Shown: positions 9,458-20,073, counted from the first letter of the stretch. The stretch: 64,000 nucleotides of DNA from Trueperaceae bacterium (GCA_965213705.1 OZ243913.1:1152001-1216000), one strand, 5' to 3'. The notes: a model not told the origin generated them from the letters alone. Program-made: numbers and translations.

Positions 9458-10618
9458 CTAGCGATCAAGCGTCTCCGGGAGTGGTTTGGCGGTTTTTCTC
9501 TCAAACGCCTCCCAGCGTGACGTGACTGCGTGACCGAACTCTTGTCTGAAACGGTCAACATTGAAGGCCTGAGCATGTCGGCTAATCACGGCGGGAACGA
9601 ACCGCGCCCTAGAGGCTTCGAACAAACCGACCGCCTGCTGAAGCGCCGAAAGTGTCTGTTCCTCAAAAAACACGCCGCTTGGCCTTTCGGCACCGAGACC
9701 CCGAACGGTCTCGAGCGCCCCCCCCTTGCCGTAGGCAATGACTGGGGTACCGCAGGCCTGCGCCTCGACGGGCACGATGCCGAAGTCTTCCTCGGCGGCG
9801 AAGACGAAGGCTTTGGCGCGTTGAAGATAGCGCTTCAAAACGCTAAAAGGTTGATGGCCCAAGAGTTCAACGTTGGGGGCGGCTTTGGCCTTGACTTTCC
9901 TAAATTCGGGGCCGTCCCCTATAACAACGAGACGTTTGTCTGGCATCTGGCTAAAAGCTTCAGCTATGAGCGCCACCTTTTTGTAGGGAACCATACGCGA
10001 CGCCGTAACATAAAAGTCTTCTTTCGGCTCATAGAGGGTAAAAGCGGAAACGTCGACGGGCGGATAAACCACCTCGGCGGAACGGCGATAAACTTTCTCG
10101 ACGCGGCGCGCCACGAAGTTGGAGTTGGCGATAAAGTGATCGACGCCGTTGGCGCTCCCTACGTCCCAAGTGCGTAGACGGTGAAGGACGGCTCGCGCCA
10201 ACCAACTTTTAGGACCACGTTGCAGACCCGACTCCTCTAGATACTGATGCTGCAAATCCCACGCGTAGCGCATCGGGGAGTGGATATAAGAGATATGAAG
10301 CTGGTCGGGCCCCGTAAGGACGCCCTTCGCAATAGAGTAGGCGTTCGAGATAACGAGGTCGTAGGCGGACAAGTCGAACTGTTCGATAGCCAAAGGCAGA
10401 AGCGGGAGATAGAGTCTGTGCCTCGTTCTGGCTAGGGGCAGATGCTGGACGAAAGACGTGTGAACGTCTTTTCCCTGTACGAGCGCACGTTGGTCAGCCG
10501 GTAGAAAGTCGATAAGGCTGTAGAGGTCGGCTTGAGGAAAAACGGCCAGTATTTGTTCTAGAACACGTTCGGCCCCCGCGCTAACGTAGAGCCATTCGTG
10601 AACGACCGCGACTTTCAC
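9458..10618 (-). CDS. GT4 glycosyltransferase (WbaZ-like)
   Basis: VAVVHEWL...GAERVL, HSPMRYAWD, SRMVPYKK, EEDFGIVPVEAQACG. Confidence 0.9.
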   Translation of the reverse strand: MKVAVVHEWLYVSAGAERVLEQILAVFPQADLYSLIDFLPADQRALVQGKDVHTSFVQHLPLARTRHRLYLPLLPLAIEQFDLSAYDLVISNAYSIAKGVLTGPDQLHISYIHSPMRYAWDLQHQYLEESGLQRGPKSWLARAVLHRLRTWDVGSANGVDHFIANSNFVARRVEKVYRRSAEVVYPPVDVSAFTLYEPKEDFYVTASRMVPYKKVALIAEAFSQMPDKRLVVIGDGPEFRKVKAKAAPNVELLGHQPFSVLKRYLQRAKAFVFAAEEDFGIVPVEAQACGTPVIAYGKGGALETVRGLGAERPSGVFFEEQTLSALQQAVGLFEASRARFVPAVISRHAQAFNVDRFRQEFGHAVTSRWEAFERKTAKPLPETLDR

Positions 10619-11706
10619 GAGGCCAGCACCTGTTCTATAACGCTCAAGGTTTGCCGGGCGCAGTTTTCCCAGGAAAACTGCGCCGCGCGCGCCCGTCCTC
10701 GTTGCCGGAGTTCCGCGCGCAACGCCCCGTCGGACGCGAGCTTGTTGAGCTTACTGGCGATGTCACGAGGGTCGTACGGGTCGCAGTAAAGCGCCGCGTC
10801 ACCGCACACCTCGGGGAGTGAGGCCCGACGGGAGACGATCACCGGGGTGCCGCTCGCCATGGCCTCCAAGGGCGGGAGCCCGAAGCCTTCGTAGAAAGAG
10901 GGGAAGACGAACGCATCTGCATGGTGCATGTACTGTTTGAGCACCTCCGGACTCACATAGCCCGCAAAGGTAACGCGGTCGCCCAATCTCTCGACAAGGG
11001 GAGAAAGCTGCACCTCGGGCGTGATAAAACCTTCTTTTTTGCCGACGATAACGAGGTCGTGGGGCAGGATGTCTTTGACATAGCCGAACGCCTCGAGCAA
11101 ACCCCTCACGTTTTTGTGGGGCTTGACGTTGCCGACAAACAACATGTAGGGCTTGGGCCGAGGGCTAGGGCCGTTGTGGTGCAAAAACCAATGTTCGCTA
11201 ACGCCCAAAGGGGTAACGGTGACGGCCTGGTTGTTGGGCCGGGTCAACCTCAGTAGCTCGCGCTTGCTAAACTCCGACACGGTCAAGATGGCGCTCGCTT
11301 TGTAACGGAGTGTCTTGAACATGGTCCGCGCGTACAAGCGCTTGAACGGGCCCTTAACGTAGTTCGGCATCGCTAGGTGAAAAACGTCGTGAACCGTGAC
11401 CACGAGTTTGCCTCGGTAGGCTACAGGTAGAGGATAATGAGGCGTCCACAGGAGGTCGGTGTTGTTTGGGATGCGTCGGGGCAACTCGACTTGTTCCTGA
11501 ACCGAATATAGAGGGCTCGTCGCGGAAACAAAGTCAACGTCTGCCGAGCGGGACACGCCAAGGGCGGTAACGTCGTGTTGATGTCCCAGCAAAACGAACC
11601 TTAGGTGCGGGGCTAACGCGATAACTCTAGGCAACACGTTGGTAAGGTACGTCCCGATGCCGGAGAGTCGCGCCGTGCGTATATCGACGGACACGACCTT
11701 AGTCAT
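10615..11706 (-). CDS. GT4 glycosyltransferase (MtfB/WbdB-like)
   Basis: [42 protein letters not shown] 11706 overlaps the upstream stop. Confidence 0.9.
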   Translation of the reverse strand: MTKVVSVDIRTARLSGIGTYLTNVLPRVIALAPHLRFVLLGHQHDVTALGVSRSADVDFVSATSPLYSVQEQVELPRRIPNNTDLLWTPHYPLPVAYRGKLVVTVHDVFHLAMPNYVKGPFKRLYARTMFKTLRYKASAILTVSEFSKRELLRLTRPNNQAVTVTPLGVSEHWFLHHNGPSPRPKPYMLFVGNVKPHKNVRGLLEAFGYVKDILPHDLVIVGKKEGFITPEVQLSPLVERLGDRVTFAGYVSPEVLKQYMHHADAFVFPSFYEGFGLPPLEAMASGTPVIVSRRASLPEVCGDAALYCDPYDPRDIASKLNKLASDGALRAELRQRGRARAAQFSWENCARQTLSVIEQVLAS

Positions 11707-12922
11707 AAGAACCTTTATAAAATCGCGCCCCGGTAAACCTGGCGGAGCAAACGACGCCGACGACCATCCAATACGTGTACTGGGTCGGAACCAAGGTAAA
11801 TGCACCGTCACTCAGCATGAGAAAAAAATAGGTGGCGAGTCCGACTTTAGCCAGGCGCGCCGCGCGCGTTCTGACGGGCAACAGCAGGGGGAACCCCCAA
11901 GTCACGACGAAAAAGAGTAAACCCACGACTCCAAGATTGCTGACGATAGACGCAAAAACAATTTCGCGCACGCCGTCGAACGGTTGAGGCAACAGGCTGA
12001 CGGTTTGCTCGAGCTGGGCGCGCCGTCCACCCAAGCCGGGGTCGAAAATAAACTCGAGGGGACTGGCAAACCACAGCGTCGCAACATAGACAACCAGACC
12101 CGCGGCCAACGGTGCTAAGAAAAACACGAGGATCAAGCTTCTGAGCCTGCGAACTCCAAAGGTTCGCGTCAGAACCTCGGAAAAGATCCAGCCCGCCCAT
12201 ACGGTTCTCGACAAAGAGAGCAAGAAGAGCGCCCGAGAGGGAACGGCAAAGCGTTTGGCGAGCTTACGCCCGCCCTCGAGAACAAGGGGAAACCAGAGCA
12301 AAAGGTTGATGCCCAGGATGTTGCCGTTGTTGTAGGTCGACACCATTTTGAGTACGCTGCCCCGGTTGACGGCTCTAGTGGTAGCTATATCCAACTGCGA
12401 GCCCGTGGTTGTAAGGTAGGGAACACCTACAAACGTATCAAACGCGTTCATAGCCACGAAGTGGATGATACCCCAAGCCACAACGAGGATGAACGCGCTT
12501 CTTAGGAGAGCGAGAAAAGGCGTCAACCCTCCCTTTTTTAAGAGGTAACACGTTGATAAAAGAGCAAAAACAGGCACGATGCTGATGCTTACGTAGTAGG
12601 AGAGCAACAACCCGAAAGAGAGCGCCGGGTCGTGACCGAGAACCGCGAGTGTGACCAAACTGTAAACGCTAAAACCAGTCAGCAGGGCCACCATGATGAT
12701 AATCGGAAAGTTGACTTTGAAACGCCTTAGCAGCACAGCGATGCCTGTTAACGTACCCGTTAAACCTAAAAGAACATAGCCCCACGTTACGGGAACCGAA
12801 TGGATATAGAAACCACCTTTGGGTAACGCAACATTGACAAAAAGCGTGACATAAGCGAGGTGGCGTAGGGACAGAAAATGACTGACGCGAAGCGACGGCT
12901 TAGAAAGGTGAAGGTTGATCAT
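11699..12922 (-). CDS. Multi-pass membrane protein, probable Wzy-type polymerase
   Basis: About 10 hydrophobic segments, N.LG and LSLSRT.W motifs, lower GC, position within a Wzx-containing locus. Confidence 0.55.
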   Translation of the reverse strand: MINLHLSKPSLRVSHFLSLRHLAYVTLFVNVALPKGGFYIHSVPVTWGYVLLGLTGTLTGIAVLLRRFKVNFPIIIMVALLTGFSVYSLVTLAVLGHDPALSFGLLLSYYVSISIVPVFALLSTCYLLKKGGLTPFLALLRSAFILVVAWGIIHFVAMNAFDTFVGVPYLTTTGSQLDIATTRAVNRGSVLKMVSTYNNGNILGINLLLWFPLVLEGGRKLAKRFAVPSRALFLLSLSRTVWAGWIFSEVLTRTFGVRRLRSLILVFFLAPLAAGLVVYVATLWFASPLEFIFDPGLGGRRAQLEQTVSLLPQPFDGVREIVFASIVSNLGVVGLLFFVVTWGFPLLLPVRTRAARLAKVGLATYFFLMLSDGAFTLVPTQYTYWMVVGVVCSARFTGARFYKGSYD

Positions 12923-13024
12923 CTCTGTTCGTAATGTCGAAGATACGTAGAAGTGGAAAGAGAATGCACACGTACAAGAACAGGCGGGGTCACAATGTTT
13001 GGGTTAGTTTCCATAGGCCCGGCT

Positions 13025-13154
13025 TCAGAAATTGTAGGACGAGAGCCGTGTATGATTGTTCTCACGGCTACCGAGAATTTTGTCTAGCGCGGAGACGCGT
13101 TCGGTCGCGTAGCGTTGAACGCCGGTCATGGTCAAGAAAACGGCCCAGGATCAA
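13025..13154 (-). pseudogene. Relic N-terminus of a GT4 glycosyltransferase gene
   Basis: Minus strand reads LILGRFL, then after a frameshift TMTGVQRYATERVSALDKIL, matching the GRFL..TGVQRYA.E...ALD start of MtfB-like GT4s. Confidence 0.5.
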
Positions 13155-13234
13155 ACCCGAAATCCCGGTGTTGACGGGCGGGACCGCCGCCCAAATATAA
13201 AAATAGAGGTCAAGTTTGGTGACTCGGCGGTACC

Positions 13235-14680
13235 TCATCTATTTTTGACGACGTTCAGTTCGCGTTTTGCTTCAAGCACCTCGAGAAACCGTCGGAAGCC
13301 TTCTGTTACCTTTCGAGCATTTTCGAGCAGCTCCTCTTCCGTTCCGGGACCGCCTACCTCTCCGGGAAAGGACTGCGCATGTATCCAAGCCAAAAAGTTT
13401 ATGGAAGCCTCTCTTTTTTCTGCGTCATCTGTTTCCAAAAAGGTCTGCCGTCGCTGCAGCAGCTGCCTGAAACCGGCGGCGGAGAGGGTGTAAGGGTTCA
13501 AACCGTTTTGAAAAAGAAGAGGGCCGAAAAACATCTCGGCGAAGGTTATGGCCGGAATACCTAGAAGGGCGGCTTCGTAGGCCACAGTTCCGGAAACGGT
13601 CATGACCAAGCTTGTATAGGGTAGGAGAGTAAAGCTGTCCAAGAAGGGGTCGATAAGCTTTAGTCCGGGGATGCTCTTTAAAGCCTGATAAAACAAAAGA
13701 GAGCGGTCGCCTAAAGCGTTTTGATGTTCTTTGACGTATAAGTCGTGCGTGGTCGGCAGAGAGCGGGCTACCGTTTTGGCGAGCTCGAGCTGGTTTGATA
13801 AATAGTCGCCCAAGACGTCGATGGTAGCCTCCGGTTGTTTGTGTAGGGTCAACAGCACAAACGGACGCTTAGGGGGAAGTTCGGGAACGGTGAAGGGTTT
13901 AAGCAAAGCCGTCGAACGAGCATTCCACACCTCGCGGGAACGGTTTATGACGAGGTCTCTTAGGGAGGGCCGACTTTCGTCGAAGAAGTCGGTGTTCATC
14001 AGGCGGGCATGATAAAAAGTTTTGCTTATCCAGCTTAGCGTGGGTTTGGGTACTGTACTGTTTTTGTGAAAATAGTTCGGCTTTGGTTTCTCGGCGACAA
14101 ACTTGTCAAAGAAGGCTTCGGCAAAAACCAGGTCTTGGCCGGTTACTTCACGTATGGGTTCTACTTCGCTCTGTTGTGAACCCCTGAGAAAAGCGAAGCG
14201 GCCGTCGGGAATCCTTACGGTGTGCGGGGCGTGTAGGGCTACAGCCAACTCCTGACAGACCTGAGCCGTTATCAACTCAAAAGCGTGAGTCTGTTCGGAA
14301 AAGACGGCTTCTATACCGCGGGACACCAAAAAGTCACGAACGTAGTGTTGAACGACGTACAAGTAGGACAGCGCGTATGGGTAGGGCTTGTGCCGCAACT
14401 TCCTATCGATCAAAATAATGTTCTTGATCGTTCTGTCGCCCGCCTTTTCCAAGTTGTCAAGTTCCTCCATCTTTGCAGCCGACAGTGGCGTTGAACGCGA
14501 CCATTCGTGGCTGTAGCGGGTCAAATCTAAAACCTGATTTTCCGCTACACCTTTTTCGAGCAGCCACCGAGTCCAGGTGGCGTTGGGGGAAATCCAGAAA
14601 GTGTTGTGTTCCGAGAGGTTCTGGGCTACCGCGAAGAAAATCAAGGTGCGTCTTTCACTGACCAAAAAGGCAAAATTCAT
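13235..14680 (-). CDS. KpsS/Capsule_synth-like glycosyltransferase, candidate pseudaminyltransferase
   Basis: LH.QPEA and YVKEH motifs, plus TVSGTVAYEAALLG, typical of CMP-ulosonic-acid transferases of the KpsS/KpsC type; adjacent to wzx and pseI. Confidence 0.7.
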   Translation of the reverse strand: MNFAFLVSERRTLIFFAVAQNLSEHNTFWISPNATWTRWLLEKGVAENQVLDLTRYSHEWSRSTPLSAAKMEELDNLEKAGDRTIKNIILIDRKLRHKPYPYALSYLYVVQHYVRDFLVSRGIEAVFSEQTHAFELITAQVCQELAVALHAPHTVRIPDGRFAFLRGSQQSEVEPIREVTGQDLVFAEAFFDKFVAEKPKPNYFHKNSTVPKPTLSWISKTFYHARLMNTDFFDESRPSLRDLVINRSREVWNARSTALLKPFTVPELPPKRPFVLLTLHKQPEATIDVLGDYLSNQLELAKTVARSLPTTHDLYVKEHQNALGDRSLLFYQALKSIPGLKLIDPFLDSFTLLPYTSLVMTVSGTVAYEAALLGIPAITFAEMFFGPLLFQNGLNPYTLSAAGFRQLLQRRQTFLETDDAEKREASINFLAWIHAQSFPGEVGGPGTEEELLENARKVTEGFRRFLEVLEAKRELNVVKNR

Positions 14681-14793
14681 GAGGTCCTCGTCTACCGGCT
14701 GGGGTAGGTCAGAAAGCTCGGAGTCGGATAGGATTTGTTCAAGAGGGGCTTGCCCTTTCGAGGCAGTAGCAGCATAAAAAAGAACTATAGCAC

Positions 14794-16092
14794 TTATTTG
14801 CGCTTTTCAGGATGAACATCAACCGACAGGGTAAGCGGCGTTTTACGAGCGACTTCTCTATTTGTGAGCAGTAAAAAGCCCGCCTTGGAAAGTCCCAGCG
14901 TTGCCATCCCAATAAAGGTGCTCAGGGCCGTCCCCACAATTCCCAGCGTGGGGACGAGCAGCAGGTTGGCCGCAACGGCTGCGCCTAACGCGCCGACACT
15001 GCTGATGATAATAGCCTTGTCCGACTGCCTTACGTAGAGGGCGTAGTGCGGCACCATGCTGAAAACAAGTGCGTTCACCGAAGCGAGGAGTATCCAGAAG
15101 GCCCATAAATGGCTTTGATAAGCTTCGTTGCCAATGAAAGACAGTAAGGGTTTTATGCCGACGGCGACTACGCAGGAAAGCAGAATACTGCTTAAAAAAA
15201 TGCTTACCGTCATCGAACGCATAAGGCGCTTGTACTCTTCACTTTGGCCCCGCTGAAAAGCCCCCACAATTTTTGGGTAGGCAATCATCACCACGCCGGT
15301 AAACACAAAAATTTGCACGGCATTGGCAACGCTGGCATAAAACGTATAGACGCCTACCAGCGCTTCACCCCGAAAAAATGCGAGAAGGTAGCGGTCTATG
15401 GTTTCTATTCCTCTCAGCGCCAGGGTCGCTGCGAGAAACGGTAGGGATACGCGCAACCCTCTGCCAAGCCAGCCCCAGTCCACCGCGGCAGCGAAAACAC
15501 CCTGCCAGTGAAGGTGGCGCAGGTGATAGCCTGCAACCAGCAGCCCTGCGAAAGCGCCGACACTCCAGCCTAGCCAAACCGTGTTCAGGGTCTGATATTT
15601 GGGAGAGGCGAGCATGAGAGTGACAACGGCGTAAACCCACGACCCGCCTCGGAAAAACAAAACAGTGTTAGCAACAAGAGGCTTCGACAAGGCTATAAAA
15701 ATCCGCTGCGCTTCTTGCGTCAGGTGTTCCAAAATCAACACTAGGTAAAACCAACCCACATACGCTTTTGGCAAAATGCCCGCTAGAAAAGGGAGCGCCA
15801 AGCCGGGTAAAACGATGAGGTAAACCAAGCCGTGAAAGGCGGCCTGGTCTCGAATCAGTTTCGCTTGTTCAGTCGGCTCGCGAGCTATAATTTCTCGCGT
15901 GTTGAAGTTGTAGAAGTCTAGCCCGAGAAGGTACAGAGACACGGCGACGGTGACGTTGATCAGGCCGTAAACCCCAAGCTCGTTTGTCTCGAGCAAACGC
16001 GCGAGGAAAAACACGAGAATAAACTTACTGCCGAGCGTGACCGCCCTCAAGCCGGAATTCAAAATGCCTTGTCGCCATGACGCCCACGACAT
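14794..16092 (-). CDS. wzx: Oligosaccharide flippase (Wzx/PST family)
   Basis: About 12 TM segments, LARLL...LGVYG, IDRYLL....VGVY.FY, NLLLVP.LGIVGTA; ATG 16092. Confidence 0.8.
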   Translation of the reverse strand: MSWASWRQGILNSGLRAVTLGSKFILVFFLARLLETNELGVYGLINVTVAVSLYLLGLDFYNFNTREIIAREPTEQAKLIRDQAAFHGLVYLIVLPGLALPFLAGILPKAYVGWFYLVLILEHLTQEAQRIFIALSKPLVANTVLFFRGGSWVYAVVTLMLASPKYQTLNTVWLGWSVGAFAGLLVAGYHLRHLHWQGVFAAAVDWGWLGRGLRVSLPFLAATLALRGIETIDRYLLAFFRGEALVGVYTFYASVANAVQIFVFTGVVMIAYPKIVGAFQRGQSEEYKRLMRSMTVSIFLSSILLSCVVAVGIKPLLSFIGNEAYQSHLWAFWILLASVNALVFSMVPHYALYVRQSDKAIIISSVGALGAAVAANLLLVPTLGIVGTALSTFIGMATLGLSKAGFLLLTNREVARKTPLTLSVDVHPEKRK

Positions 16093-16105
16093 AGTCTTCA
16101 ACCGC

Positions 16106-17167
16106 TTACGCAAACAAGTCCCAAGTAACGGCGCTACCTTTGGCAACATCTCGGCTCACCCGTTTGCCCAAAAGAACGCTGAGATACTTGGGCGCTAACC
16201 CACTTCCGGGCCTGATCGCGCGCAACGTTTGATGGGTCAAGATGTCTCCCGCTTTCACGTCTTCGGCTATATAAAGTGACCGCCTGAAAACCAAAGACAA
16301 CTTTTCTTTTTCCGTCGGGCCGTACTGAATAGACCCCAAACTCTGCCGGGCGCGCTCCGTCTCTACGACGAGCGCCTTCATCTCTTCGGGCTCGAGCGAG
16401 AACGCCGCGTCCACCCCGCCGTCTGCGCGGCGCAAGGTGAAGTGTTTTTCGATGACGGTCGCCCCGAGTGCTACCGCCGCGACCGACGCACCGACCCCCA
16501 TCGTGTGATCCGACAAGCCGACTTGCACACCGAACAGGTCGCGCATGTGGGGAATGGTTACGACGTTGGTATTCTCGGGCGAAGCCGGATAAGTGCTGGT
16601 ACACTTCAACAGGATAATGTCTTCGCACCCCGCGCCCCGCGCCGTCCGCACCGTTTCGTCCAGTTCGGCGACCGTCGCCATGCCGGTCGAAATGATCATG
16701 GGTTTGCCGGTGGCGGCGGTTTTGCGGACCAGCGGCAGGTCGGTATTCTCGAAAGAAGCTATCTTGTAAGCCGGGGCGTCCAAGGTCTCGAGAAAGTCCA
16801 CGGCGGTCGCGTCGAACGGGGTGCTCAGGCAAACGATGCCCAACTCTCGGCAGCGCTCAAAAATCGGCCCGTGCCAGTCCCAGGGCGTATGCGCTTCCTG
16901 ATAGAGGTCGTAAAGGGTTCGGCCGTACCACAGGCTGTTCGGGTCGTCGATCAAAAATTCGCCTCCGCTGATAGGAAGCGTCATGGTGTCGGCGGTGTAG
17001 GTTTGCAGCTTGAGCGCGTGCGCGCCGGTTGCTGCGGCGGCTTTGACGATGTCCAGCGCACGGTCTAACGATTGATTGTGGTTACCGGACATCTCGGCAA
17101 TAACGAAAGGGGGGTGGTCTCGACCCACCTCACGGTGACCTATAAAGATAGCTTTGGGCTCGGTCAT
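16106..17167 (-). CDS. pseI: Pseudaminic acid synthase
   Basis: IAEMSGNHN, KLQTYTADTMT, YKIASFE, KCTS.YPA, GLSDHT, IEKHFT and C-terminal SAF domain RRSLY...IRPG.GL. Confidence 0.93.
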   Translation of the reverse strand: MTEPKAIFIGHREVGRDHPPFVIAEMSGNHNQSLDRALDIVKAAAATGAHALKLQTYTADTMTLPISGGEFLIDDPNSLWYGRTLYDLYQEAHTPWDWHGPIFERCRELGIVCLSTPFDATAVDFLETLDAPAYKIASFENTDLPLVRKTAATGKPMIISTGMATVAELDETVRTARGAGCEDIILLKCTSTYPASPENTNVVTIPHMRDLFGVQVGLSDHTMGVGASVAAVALGATVIEKHFTLRRADGGVDAAFSLEPEEMKALVVETERARQSLGSIQYGPTEKEKLSLVFRRSLYIAEDVKAGDILTHQTLRAIRPGSGLAPKYLSVLLGKRVSRDVAKGSAVTWDLFA

Positions 17168-17236
17168 AAACGCCCAGCCAACAGGTCATTTCGACTTCTT
17201 GTGACGAGCGATTGAGTGAACATAAACGTGTACATT

Positions 17237-17968
17237 TTAGGTGTATTGCCCCCCATTTACTCTCAAAGTTTCGCCTGTGACGTACGAAGACATTCGCGGT
17301 GACAGCAGGTAAGCTATGGCCCAGGCGACCTCTTCAGGGCGGCCGAACCTATTGAAGGGAATCTGTTTGAGGATTTTTTCTTTGACTGTTTCAGGCAGGT
17401 GCTCCACCATGTCGGTGGCGATAAAGCCTGGCGCGACCACGTTCGCTCTTACGTTGTACCTCGAGGCTTCAAGCGCCAAAGCTTTGGTCATGCCGATGAC
17501 GCCGGCTTTGGCCGCGGCGTAGTTGACCTGTCCCAAATTGCCCCGCTCACCGACGATTGAACTGACCGTGACGACGGCTCCTGCTTTTCGCTCGTAAAGC
17601 CTCCGTACAGTGGCTTGTAGGGTGTTGAAAACCCCTGTCAAGTTTGTGTCCAAAACTTCGTCCCACTGTTTTTTGTCCAGTTTGGTGAAGAAGTTGTCCT
17701 GGTTGATGCCGGCGTTCGCCACGACCCCGTAAATGGGTCCCAGCTCGGTTTCGACGCCGCTGACGGCTTTTTCCAACTCAGCCGAATCGGTAACGTCTGC
17801 GGCTACATAGTGTCCGTAAGCGCTCGAAGGCGGCGTCCTGCTGAGATGGGCAACTTTTGCGCCCAGCGTCTCGAGCAATCTTACCGTCGCTTCGCCAATC
17901 CCTCTACTACCGCCGGTCACCAAAATGACTTTACCCTCGAGGTCTAACAAAACCTGATACCCCCTCAT
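17237..17968 (-). CDS. Short-chain dehydrogenase, acetoacetyl-CoA/3-oxoacyl reductase (PhaB/FabG-like)
   Basis: VTGGSRGIG, NAGI..D..F.K, GQVNYAAAKAG, APGFIATDM, VNGG. Confidence 0.85.
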   Translation of the reverse strand: MRGYQVLLDLEGKVILVTGGSRGIGEATVRLLETLGAKVAHLSRTPPSSAYGHYVAADVTDSAELEKAVSGVETELGPIYGVVANAGINQDNFFTKLDKKQWDEVLDTNLTGVFNTLQATVRRLYERKAGAVVTVSSIVGERGNLGQVNYAAAKAGVIGMTKALALEASRYNVRANVVAPGFIATDMVEHLPETVKEKILKQIPFNRFGRPEEVAWAIAYLLSPRMSSYVTGETLRVNGGQYT

Positions 17969-18123
17969 CGCTGGTTACTGCGGCTTCGACTCTCATGACA
18001 ACGGTGTAACGACGGTGATGTCCCACCATCTCTGCGCTAAAAGGAGACGGGTCGGGACCGACGTTTCTGCCCGCACTGAAAACGAACTGAGTTTGGGTCG
18101 CTCTCGGGTAAGCCATAAGTCTT

Positions 18124-18798
18124 TCAACGTATCACTCTTTTCAAGGTGACAAAAGCCTCGGCCGCTTCCAAACCGACTTGCCGTCCGCGGTGTCGCGCGG
18201 CGATTTTTACAGCCTCGACCGACCGAGTATGCGGCTCTTCGCGCACCTCTTCCGCGTAACACCGGTAGGCTTGCAGCAGCGTGTCGAGCTGGGGAGCGAT
18301 ATTGACGTAAGTGTCCGGCAGGAAGGGTGCGCCCAGCGTCGGGTGAGACCACTCGGTTGAACTGTTCACTTCGAAAGCGTAGACAGCCGCGTACGTTTCC
18401 TGAGGTTGAGGTCGAAAGGCCGTCAGGGTGGCGCGGCAGGTCAGGTGATGGTCGATGTTGAGGTCGCCGCCGTGGTGGGTGTAAACGAGCGACGGGTTGA
18501 CAGCCTGTTTGGCCTGTTCGACGAGTCTTGCGATTCTGAGCAGCGGCACCGTGTCGAAAGCGTTGTCGGGAAGCGTCTCGAAGCCGACGATGTCGGCACC
18601 CAAGACCTTGCACGCGGCTTGGGCGGCGCGTTTGCGGCTCTCCGCAGCCCGAGCGTCCTGACCCCGAGACCCGACGCCGTCGGCCAAAAACAGGACCCCA
18701 ACACTGTTGCCCTGCTCGGTGTGGCGCAGGATGGTTCCACCCATCCCTAGGACTTCGTCGTCCGGGTGAGCGGCGACGACAAGCACGCGCTCAGCCAT
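18124..18798 (-). CDS. PIG-L/LmbE family N-deacetylase
   Basis: AAHPDDEVLGMGG and THH.GDLNIDH motifs. Confidence 0.9.
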   Translation of the reverse strand: MAERVLVVAAHPDDEVLGMGGTILRHTEQGNSVGVLFLADGVGSRGQDARAAESRKRAAQAACKVLGADIVGFETLPDNAFDTVPLLRIARLVEQAKQAVNPSLVYTHHGGDLNIDHHLTCRATLTAFRPQPQETYAAVYAFEVNSSTEWSHPTLGAPFLPDTYVNIAPQLDTLLQAYRCYAEEVREEPHTRSVEAVKIAARHRGRQVGLEAAEAFVTLKRVIR

Positions 18799-19531
18799 CT
18801 TTGCGTTCCGTGATTTTCACGTCGGCGACGACGCTGCCTTGTTTACGGGAGGCTCGAGAGAACTCGAGCCTGAACACGCCCACCTCTAAAAAGGCCGGTG
18901 GGTAGCCTTCGGCGTCCAACATGCGGATGTAGTCGAACACTTTGTCCAAACTCGCGAGTTTTTTCAAGTCGCCCTCTTCCGGCTTGCGGCGCTTGAAAAC
19001 GGTGGACTCACCCGTTTGTGGCCGGGGCTCGGGCTGTGTCTCGAGGATTTCCAAAATCATCTCTTCGACGATACGCGAAGCTCGCAAGAAAATTTCCTCA
19101 GCAGCGCCGTAGAGCGACAAGTCTTTTTTGAGGTAGACCGGGCCTGCGTCGAGGCCCTGCACGCACTGCAGCGCGCTCAGTTTGGTGTGGTAAATACCGC
19201 GGGCGATGAGGTTTTGGAGCGGGCTGCCGCCGCGCCCGAAGGGAACGTCGGTCATGTGAAAGATGACGCACTCGTAGCGGGTATAAACGTCCTCTGGGAT
19301 AATGTGAGACCAGTGGGGAAAGAAAACGAACCGAGGCTCAAGTTTTTCCAACAGCTCAACGGTGAGGTCTTCTTGCTTCGTGACCAGCGTGACGTTCTGG
19401 CCGGTGCGTTTCCTTAAACGCTCCGCCAGCGCCTCGTGCCAGGGCCGCTGGCTGGCTAGGACGAACGTTTCGAGGTTTCGCTCCGTGCGTGGCAATTGCG
19501 TATGGTTCACAAAGACTTCAGGCTTGCTCAT
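18791..19531 (-). CDS. Sugar N-formyltransferase (Fmt-like)
   Basis: FFPHWS.II, FHMTDVPFGRGGSPLQNLI, LDAGPVY, IRMLDAEGYP; ATG 19531 overlaps the pseH stop. Confidence 0.85.
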   Translation of the reverse strand: MSKPEVFVNHTQLPRTERNLETFVLASQRPWHEALAERLRKRTGQNVTLVTKQEDLTVELLEKLEPRFVFFPHWSHIIPEDVYTRYECVIFHMTDVPFGRGGSPLQNLIARGIYHTKLSALQCVQGLDAGPVYLKKDLSLYGAAEEIFLRASRIVEEMILEILETQPEPRPQTGESTVFKRRKPEEGDLKKLASLDKVFDYIRMLDAEGYPPAFLEVGVFRLEFSRASRKQGSVVADVKITERKDG

Positions 19532-20073
19532 TGGTCTCTTTCGTAGACGCGGCGGTATATTTTTTCTCGCCACTCCCTGTCCCAGTCGCGTTTGAAAAAG
19601 GCGATACGGTAGATGTCGAGATAGCCTTCAGGGGTCAAGTGATGCTCCTTGAATACGCCTTCGACGGCAAAACCGAACTTTTTATGAAACCTGAGCACGG
19701 CTTCGTTGTTTGAAAGCACCTCGGCGTTGAGTTTGTTGAGGTTTAAAGTGTCGAAGGCGTGCGAAAGTGCCAAATACTCCATCTGTGAACCGACGCCGGG
19801 TCTCGAGCCAACGCCAGAATAAAAGCCCCAAAAAGCTAATTTGTTCCGGTAACTGATGTCTATAAAATAAACGACGCCGAGCGGCACGCCTCCTTCGTCC
19901 ACACAGACGAAGTAAGCTTTGCTCGGGTCGGAAGCGACTTTTGCAAAATAGGCGTAGTGTTCTTCACGGGTAATTTCGTGCGTCGTGTACATTTTCTCAC
20001 GAATAGCAGGTCGGTTGCGCCACTCGAGAACGAGGGGCAGGTCGTCGTCTTCGACAGGTCTCAGTGCGAACAT
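19528..20073 (-). CDS. pseH: UDP-4-amino-4,6-dideoxy-N-acetyl-altrosamine N-acyltransferase (GNAT)
   Basis: WRN.P.IR..MY...EI..EEH, WGFY, KL..EVL..N..V..FHKKFGF; context in the pse cluster. Confidence 0.85.
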   Translation of the reverse strand: MFALRPVEDDDLPLVLEWRNRPAIREKMYTTHEITREEHYAYFAKVASDPSKAYFVCVDEGGVPLGVVYFIDISYRNKLAFWGFYSGVGSRPGVGSQMEYLALSHAFDTLNLNKLNAEVLSNNEAVLRFHKKFGFAVEGVFKEHHLTPEGYLDIYRIAFFKRDWDREWREKIYRRVYERDQ

